Positions 58,140 through 64,000 of a stretch of 64,000 bases of DNA are shown here, piece after piece (positions within the stretch are counted from its first letter, which is position 1; the number at the start of each line of letters is the position of its first letter). A program made the translations under genes and the position numbers. A model generated the notes under the pieces. That model saw only the letters and a list, made by a program, of their open reading frames with translations. It did no database searches and was not told the DNA's origin. Origin of the DNA: a plasmid; the sequence record NZ_CP118944.1; one strand, 5' to 3'.

Positions 58140-58530
58140 TGAACACTCGGCTTCCTATTTTCAGCTTTCTGGAAAAACGCTTTTTAGGCTTAACTTCCAT
58201 AAAGGCGGGAATCTGAGTGGATTTCCCCGCGGCATAAGCTGCGGTCAGGCCCTTCAGTTCGTAAGGCACCTTCAGGCGGTCAAGCGTAGCAATGAGTACG
58301 GCGTCTGGACCACCAGGGGAGGCGATCATCAAGCGACTATTGATCCGGTTACGCCGTGCCTTTGCATACACGCCGTAGCCGACCTTCAGAAGCAGACCCT
58401 TTTCACACATTTGGCGTAAGGCTCTGCCTATTTGGTCATAACCGCCCAAGTCATCGAAATCCTCACGGAGAAACACATCTCGCTTAGATCGTTTGATTCG
58501 TGCTTCAACACGGTCTGCAATGGTCATCAT
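58129..58530 (-). CDS. abiEi: AbiEi-like antitoxin/transcriptional regulator (short form, 133 aa)
   Basis: N-terminal AbiEi_N-like wHTH (…SKRDVFLREDFDDLGGYDQIGRALRQMCEKGLLLKVGYGVYAKA…) with the RGVY-like motif; immediately upstream of the nucleotidyltransferase gene. Confidence 0.55.
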   Translation of the reverse strand: MMTIADRVEARIKRSKRDVFLREDFDDLGGYDQIGRALRQMCEKGLLLKVGYGVYAKARRNRINSRLMIASPGGPDAVLIATLDRLKVPYELKGLTAAYAAGKSTQIPAFMEVKPKKRFSRKLKIGSRVFNAA

Positions 58531-58907
58531 GAGTCCTCCTTTCTACATCTACCCCAATTATACAAAAATACGACACTTTTGCATGCAAAAACACGACGTC
58601 ATTACCACGGCGGCATGTCGTATTTTTGTCTCATCTCCCTCTTTTATCCACTGGGTCAAATACTAGCCCTAGCACAACGTCTATATCCCAGACTCCGTGC
58701 ATTAAAGCCCACATCGCTCATGTCGGCGCTCGTCAACGTGTGGGCAGTTTTGGCACTGATGCCGGGGCTGTGCTGATGGAGAGAATAAAGCGCGGGGCGA
58801 AAGCCCCACTGAACACTCACGGAAAACTTAGATGGTGTAGGGGAGGGAGAGTTATCCACAAATTCGGTGCAAAAGTGACCCCATTAGCTGTGCATGAATT
58901 CGGCACG

Positions 58908-58985
58908 GGGGAGGCAACTGCCGCGCTATCGCTTGCCTGCTGGCTTGTTCGTCGCAGCGAAACGATGCCGCGCCTCAAAGCCCAG
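58908..58985 (+). repeat. About 75-bp repeat R1, the inverted partner of 62036-62113
   Basis: …CTGCCGCGCT(A/G)(T)CGCTTGCCTGCTGGCTTGTTCGTCGCAGCG(AA/CA)A(CG/A)GATGCC(GC/CC)GCCTCAAAGCCCAG…; ~92% identical to the reverse complement of 62036-62113. Confidence 0.5.
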
Positions 58986-59165
58986 CCGCTACTTGCCGCT
59001 ATCTGCTCAGAATTGTGATCTCAATCAATTTAACCATACCACTGGTACGGTATGGTGTTTGTACACGGAGATACCTAGCTCGTAATAACAGGCATACCCG
59101 TTGTGCAAAAAGAAAACCCCCTGCGCTAACAGGGGGCAGCACGTAAACCCGTTCCAGGAGTAAAC

Positions 59166-59321
59166 ATGACCACTCACAGTAACAAAAAGCGGGGGATACG
59201 TCTAATGGACGTTCCTCACATGCCCGCCGAACAGGCCATCATATTGCTCATGCAAAAAGCGGCCTGGGTCAGGGAGGCAATGGCAAAACATTGTTATCGC
59301 CAGATATCACAGCACAGATAA
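59166..59321 (+). CDS. Possible 51-aa small protein (MTTHSNKKRGIRLMDVPHMPAEQAIILLMQKAAWVREAMAKHCYRQISQHR) upstream of radC
   Basis: AGGAG RBS 6 nt before ATG; too short for the ORF track. Confidence 0.3.
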   Translation: MTTHSNKKRGIRLMDVPHMPAEQAIILLMQKAAWVREAMAKHCYRQISQHR

Positions 59322-59463
59322 CGTGAAATACAAAATAGGCGGGATACCCGCCTATTACATTTATTTTCTTATTAAGGTGAAAATACTTTAACCGTCCCAG
59401 TGGTATGGTATAATTGTTTTGTGGTACGGGATTGGCCTGGACCCAAAAAACAGGATTGCCTGT

Positions 59464-59910
59464 ATGTTCACTGAAAGAGAAAAACGGATTATCGCGCTGG
59501 CGCACAGCATTATTGCTCGCCGCTTCACTCGACTGGACTCACTGAACAGCCCCGAGATGGTGGTCGAGTATTTGAAAACCCGCTTCGCCACACTGGAACA
59601 TGAAACCTTTGCCATGATCCTGTTGGACAATCAGCACCGCGTTATCAACGCCGTTGACCTTAGCCACGGCACGATTGATTCCGCCGCCGTGTATCCGCGT
59701 GAAGTCGTCAAAACCGCACTGAAACATAACGCCGCTGCCGTGATACTGGCTCACAATCATCCGTCCGGTGTCGCAGAGCCAAGCCGTGCAGATCGCCAAA
59801 TCACCGAGCGACTGCAAGCCGCGCTGGATCTCGTTGATATTCGAGTGCTGGATCATATTGTGGTCGCCGGTGAAAACAGCCTGTCATTTGCAGAGCGGGG
59901 ATTAATTTAA
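59464..59910 (+). CDS. radC: RadC-like JAB/MPN-domain protein (YeeS/UPF0758 family)
   Basis: 148 aa with the JAMM motif …VILAHNHPSGVAEPSRADRQITERL… (HNHPSG…S…D); the track ORF has a 15-codon extension. Confidence 0.8.
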   Translation: MFTEREKRIIALAHSIIARRFTRLDSLNSPEMVVEYLKTRFATLEHETFAMILLDNQHRVINAVDLSHGTIDSAAVYPREVVKTALKHNAAAVILAHNHPSGVAEPSRADRQITERLQAALDLVDIRVLDHIVVAGENSLSFAERGLI

Positions 59911-59949
59911 ACACTGCGCCGCCCCTGACGGGGCGGCTGGAGCCTTATC

Positions 59950-60312
59950 ATGTCTGAACATAAAGCTATCTACGATGTCACTGGCCTGGATTGTTCTATC
60001 GAGGAATTCAAAATGCGGCCTTGTGTCCGACACCGCTATTCGCCTGAATTTGTGCTGCCTACGCCGGATGAAATCAAGTTTGTCCGTACTGCCTTGTTAG
60101 GCTGGCCACAAACCAAGCTAGGGGCGTTTTTGGGCTATCCCATCGATCCAAAAGGTTGCCCGACAGTCAGGCGCTGGGAGCGCCCTGTTGATACAAACAA
60201 TCATCGCGCTATTGAATACAACGCCTGGCGGCGCATCTTGCTGGCGGCGGGCGTGATTGAGGGGGTGGAGGATCTACAGATCGCCGACCGATATCTCGAG
60301 TTTATTGGGTAA
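59950..60312 (+). CDS. Hypothetical 120-aa protein with an HTH-like segment (…KLGAFLGYPIDPKGCPTVRRWE…)
   Basis: ORF 40 bp after radC; XRE-like …T..RWE… signature only. Confidence 0.4.
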   Translation: MSEHKAIYDVTGLDCSIEEFKMRPCVRHRYSPEFVLPTPDEIKFVRTALLGWPQTKLGAFLGYPIDPKGCPTVRRWERPVDTNNHRAIEYNAWRRILLAAGVIEGVEDLQIADRYLEFIG

Positions 60313-60318
60313 ACGACC

Positions 60319-60519
60319 ATGGTGACATTCGACTATCGGAGCGGCATTTTGGAAGCTGCTGATACCAAGACTGGCTATGAATGGTGTTGGTTTAAAGGGG
60401 ACTCGGAGATAACGAGAAGTATTGAGGGGGAACTGGCCGGTTCGCTCAGTGTGCCCCCCGGTGCGTCGGTTGTGGCCGTTAAAACGATCATTCGTGGTGA
60501 CGCCAGGGTGAGAGCGTGA
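60319..60519 (+). CDS. Hypothetical small protein, 66 aa
   Basis: ORF 7 bp after the previous gene; its 3' end overlaps the ISAs1-family element end. Confidence 0.3.
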   Translation: MVTFDYRSGILEAADTKTGYEWCWFKGDSEITRSIEGELAGSLSVPPGASVVAVKTIIRGDARVRA

Positions 60520-61663
60520 ACATTTTGTTAAATTTCACCCAGTTTTTTGAGACCGCATTGAGTACCGTTTCCAGATATTCACTGCTCATTCCTGCGATTT
60601 TTTGCTTCCGTCTTACGCTCGCCTTGCGTGAAGTCTCGGCCCTGAGCATGTTCAGCCCCATGTGCCGGATGCACGCCAAAATCTCTGCGGCATCACCGCG
60701 ATAAATCGGGCAATCATCCTCGCCCATCGTGACGTCCAGCACCCAGTGCAGGCTATTTTCGATGGCCCAGTGCCCACGCACCGCTCGCGCAAACTCATCC
60801 TGCACCAACGCTTTGGAACTGATGAAATAACGCTGCTCTATGGTAATTTTTTGCATATTTTCAACGCGATAGGAGATGGCCACGCCAATGCTGTGCAACT
60901 GTTTCCAATGAGGAAACTGGGCGGCCAACTCGCCCGCCGCCATGACATGGTACTCACGACCATCGATGCGGCCATGAGCCTTCTCAAGCGTCATCGTCTC
61001 TGCGCATAACGGGGTGGCCGCCAGCGGGGCGAGGGCCTGTCGAACCGCCTCGAACAACTTGGGTTGGTTGCCTTTGACGGCCAATAAGTAATCGCCACCT
61101 TGCTGAAGGATGGTCTCGGCGATCTCGGTCTGGCACCCCATCGCATCGATGGATACCAGGCAGCCTTTGATGTCGAGCAGCGCCAGCAACTCGGGAATAG
61201 CGGTAATTTCATTGGACTTGGCGTCGGTTTTTATCTGTCCGAGCACCAGCTTATTGGCGGCGGCATAGGCACTGACCATGTGAATGGTCGACGTTCGATC
61301 CTCACGGTCATAGGAACTGCGCAGGGTTTTGCCATCGATAGCGACCAGGGCGCCATCGGTGTGCTGGTTAATGGCTTGAGTCCACCGCACAAAGGCGGCC
61401 TGAAACGGCTCTGGTTTGATGCCGGAGATGATCCTGGCAATGGTGTCATGGACAGGAATGCCGTTTTTAAACAGTCCCTTGGATTGAAACCAGGGAAGAT
61501 GAACCTCGCCGAAATCCTCAATATCTTCCCAGCCCTCAGCCCCGCCGATCACGGCACAGACGGTGAGAAACAGGACATCGTAGAAGGGATAATAAATCTT
61601 GGCATGCTGGCGAGGGTCGTGAATATTGTCGAAGAACTGAGCGAAAACGGCATCAATAGACAT
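60488..61663 (-). CDS. ISAs1-family (H-repeat-associated, YhhI-like) DDE transposase
   Basis: MSIDAVFAQFFDNIHDPRQHAKIYYPFYDVLFLTVCAVIGGAEGWEDIEDFG… is the conserved ISAs1/H-rpt N-terminus; ~390 aa. Confidence 0.85.
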   Translation of the reverse strand: MSIDAVFAQFFDNIHDPRQHAKIYYPFYDVLFLTVCAVIGGAEGWEDIEDFGEVHLPWFQSKGLFKNGIPVHDTIARIISGIKPEPFQAAFVRWTQAINQHTDGALVAIDGKTLRSSYDREDRTSTIHMVSAYAAANKLVLGQIKTDAKSNEITAIPELLALLDIKGCLVSIDAMGCQTEIAETILQQGGDYLLAVKGNQPKLFEAVRQALAPLAATPLCAETMTLEKAHGRIDGREYHVMAAGELAAQFPHWKQLHSIGVAISYRVENMQKITIEQRYFISSKALVQDEFARAVRGHWAIENSLHWVLDVTMGEDDCPIYRGDAAEILACIRHMGLNMLRAETSRKASVRRKQKIAGMSSEYLETVLNAVSKNWVKFNKMFTLSPWRHHE

Positions 61664-61750
61664 GAGAGCACTCCTGAAAAGGAGCATGAGATCACAGCCG
61701 GATCACCAGGTCAAATTTCAGGGTGAGGATGTGAGCAAATTGTTAACTAT
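60500..61750 (-). mobile_element. ISAs1-family insertion sequence (boundaries approximate)
   Basis: Imperfect terminal IR candidates GTGAACATTTTGTTAAATTTC (left) and GTTAACAATTTGCTCACATCC (right, reverse complement); ~15/21 matches. Confidence 0.45.
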
Positions 61751-62035
61751 GGAAATCATGGAAATTATCATTTTTTGGATTTCATGCGCATTTTTTGAGC
61801 TGAAATGACGTGCAGTGACGATTAAAAAGTGTGAAGGCGATCCTGACTATAAAGTTAACTGCATATCACAGGCCTATAAGTATTTGTTTTGTAGGCAAAA
61901 AACTATTTTTAATTTTTAACAAAATGTTCACGATCTCGCCCTGGTGGTGACGCCAAGCGTTAGCATTACCTGGAAGGGTCAATACAGGCATCTGACCTGC
62001 CACTTGGCAGGCCAGAGAGAGTAAAGACTGGGCTT

Positions 62036-62113
62036 TGAGGCGGGGCATCTTTGCGCTGCGACGAACAAGCCAGCAGGCAAGCGCAGCGCGGCAGAAACCG
62101 GTTGTGGTTAACA
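62036..62113 (-). repeat. About 75-bp repeat R2, the inverted partner of 58908-58985
   Basis: See R1; together they bracket ~3.05 kb containing radC, two small genes and the ISAs1-family element. Confidence 0.5.
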
Positions 62114-62569
62114 TTGGCTTCTAACATGTGCGCATGTTCTCTTGATGCGTACCTTATTGTATTCAGATACGAGACGCCTGGCGCGGTCTCTTTGATTCAG
62201 GTAAATGAGCTCAATAATCACTAAAGGGATCAAATAGATGAAAAAGGCCGCTGTGCTCTGTTCTTTAACTTGTGTCAAGGGACCTGTGATAACCAAGAAT
62301 AAATATAGTGCGCAGGTAAAGAAGAACGTTATAAAGCAACATAATGATATCATCATTTGATAATTCACTGCCGCGAGGTTGTGCCTATTTGCCTTGATAT
62401 ATTTAGCAAGTTTCAATTTATTATATCTGAAGGCTTTTTTCATCTTGTGTTTGAAAAACAAGAATACGCGAGAAACAATCCAGGCAAAGAATAATGGGAA
62501 GCCCATGTTAAACCACCAGGCAGGGCTACTGAAATTTATAGCTATTTCATTCATGCATAATATCTCCAT
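62108..62569 (-). CDS. Hypothetical polytopic membrane protein (~150 aa) in an AT-rich segment
   Basis: MEILCMNEIAINFSSPAWWFNMGFPLFFAWIVSRVFLFF… and 3-4 hydrophobic helices; coding segment ~33% GC vs >60% GC immediately downstream. The track ORF's long GC-rich N-terminal extension is probably untranslated. Confidence 0.4.
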   Translation of the reverse strand: MEILCMNEIAINFSSPAWWFNMGFPLFFAWIVSRVFLFFKHKMKKAFRYNKLKLAKYIKANRHNLAAVNYQMMISLCCFITFFFTCALYLFLVITGPLTQVKEQSTAAFFIYLIPLVIIELIYLNQRDRARRLVSEYNKVRIKRTCAHVRSQC

Positions 62570-63104
62570 GTCGGTGCAATACTGCGCTTTTTGAATCGCT
62601 AGATTAGCAGGATCGACATTGCAACTCGAATAGTCAAAAACGAACAAGGGGATGGGCATGACCGCAAGCGGTCGCGCTGTCATGCTGCGCATCGAGTCGG
62701 CGAACTGATGCCGTCTCGACCCTTCGGGTTTCCATCGCTCATGCCTACGCCTCTGCGAGGCTGCGCGCTCCGCTTGCCGCACCCGTGGCCAGCTCCATCG
62801 CGATGTCTTGCCCCTCTAAGCCCTTCACCGCCAGTCAATCTACACGCCCGGTCGTTGTGACCAGTGTTCGCGCTGCCGCCCTCCTCACCCGTTCGCACTC
62901 TCTTCGTTCGCTTGCGCTGCGGCTTGCGGGGGCGCACTGGTCTCGCCTCCCTTGGTGCGTGTTGATTTCCCTCTTCGCGGCGAAGAACTCAGAGAGGCAA
63001 ATCAAATCAAGCAACGCAGTAAAGAGCCACGGGCGCTGAACACCTAGAGCGCAGCTCAGAATCTAGAGACGCAAATGGGCTCAACCCCCAACACACCATC
63101 AGGA

Positions 63105-64000
63105 GAGGCAATCATGAGTGCAACCATCATCACCATGGAAGAGTTCAAAACAGCAGCACAACAAGCCGAGCTGGCCGCCCGGTTTGTCCGCCGCCCGGTG
63201 TCTGTGCAGGTGCTCTGGTCCGAGTCTGACGCATGGGAGGCAGATCAGCTCCTCAGTTTTGGCGAGTTTGAAGCCCAGGCGCTGGCCGTGGCCATGGCTC
63301 ACGCCGCTGGCGGGTATCTCAAAACCAAAATCACGGTCACCTTTGATGATGGTAAAACCTACACGGCCCGCATTGACCTGGCTGCAGGCGATGAGCTCTG
63401 CTTTGCCCATCACTGCGCGGCCATGCTGCGCCATTACGAGACCGCCGAGGGCCGCGAATATTACGGCAGCATGGGGCCGGATGCGCTCGCATTGATCGAG
63501 TTTGTCCAGGGCGTGGATTTTGGCCGCGCCGGTCAGCTTATCGATGAGATGGAACAAACCGCCGCACTCGCCGTTACGCTGGCCAAAGAACAAGCCGCCG
63601 CACAGGCTGCCGCCAATGAGCAAGCCGCGAAGCAGGCGTTTAACGCTGACATTGAGCGTCTCGCCAGTGCCCAGGAATACGCCCATTTGACCCGGATTGG
63701 TCGGGCTGGCGCGAAAGAGGTGGCCAAAAACATTCGCGCCGACCTGAAAAAGGCATGGCCTGCCGTGAAATTTTCCGTGCGCTGCGAGCGTGGCGGCTGG
63801 TCTTCGAGTGTGCGCGTGAGTTGGACGGATGGCCCCACCGTGGCAGAGGTTGACGCTCTGGTTAACCGTTACGAGGGCGGGCGTTTCAATGGCATGACCG
63901 ATTGTTACGAGCACAATGCCAGCCCGTTTAACGAGGTGTTTGGTTACGTTGATTACCTTTTTACCTCCCGTGACCGCTCTCCCGCACTGGATACCCTGGC
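63105..64000 (+). CDS. Conserved hypothetical plasmid protein, 3'-partial (runs off the window end)
   Basis: Open frame from ATG 63105 to the window end with protein-like composition (MSATIITMEEFKTAAQQAELAARFVRRPVSV…WTDGPTVAEVDALVNRYEGGRFNGMTDCYEHN…); the overlapping minus-strand ORF 63099-63914 is Gly/Cys/His-rich and taken as an antisense artefact. Confidence 0.45.

Noticed and set aside
63099-63914. 271-aa minus-strand ORF overlapping the final plus-strand gene
   Set aside because: Gly/Cys/His-rich and low complexity; the plus-strand frame has protein-like composition and remains open to the window end.

Overview
This window reads as a mosaic plasmid accessory region, probably from a gammaproteobacterium (Aeromonas, Vibrio or an enteric relative); it is densely packed with mobile elements. 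From left to right: (i) Positions 1-2500 carry an IncFII-family RepA (1-954), an AT-rich origin-like stretch, and an H-NS homologue. (ii) Two identical IS630-family copies lie in inverted orientation (3283-4440 and 44490-45647); the second disrupts a type III R-M mod gene. (iii) A roughly 13.7-kb Tn21-subgroup transposon (4467-18137) is immobilised. Both of its 38-bp IRs are split by identical IS5075/IS4321-like IS110-family elements, and its tnpA is interrupted by an IS21-family element flanked by direct repeats. Its cargo is a 371-aa protein with a HEPN-like Rx4H motif, a small membrane-anchored protein in an AT-rich islet, an alpha-carbonic anhydrase, and a parDE-like TA pair next to res-tnpR. 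(iv) Further right are two more IS21-family elements (one truncated by the Tn21-type IR), a decayed IS3/IS407-like orfB, an ArsR-CDF-cytochrome b561 metal-efflux operon, and a cryptic Tn3-family transposon (27704-31549) whose tnpA carries a single-base frameshift. (v) A small mobilisable plasmid-like module follows: a Rep-like protein with two winged helices and a coupled 45-aa membrane peptide, iteron-like repeats, a MobV relaxase and three small ORFs. (vi) Tn5393c carries strA-strB (35287-40756). (vii) Plasmid maintenance genes follow: parFG with 8-bp centromere-like tandem repeats, a resolvase, and a type III R-M system whose mod is split by IS630. (viii) A defence island sits on the remnant of a Tn3/Tn1000-like transposon. 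Gabija (gajA-gajB) occupies the passenger position downstream of a gamma-delta-like tnpR, followed by a deleted tnpA, two unknown genes, an AbiEi/AbiEii pair, and radC with small partner genes. (ix) The window ends with an ISAs1-family element and a partial conserved plasmid gene. Many solo or degenerate Tn3-family 38-bp IRs mark repeated insertion and deletion. No rRNA, tRNA or CRISPR array was seen. The most interesting uncharacterised candidates are the HEPN-motif cargo protein, the two-gene cassette between Gabija and AbiE, the small-protein family with paralogues at 2198 and 34595, and the coupled peptide/winged-helix pair.
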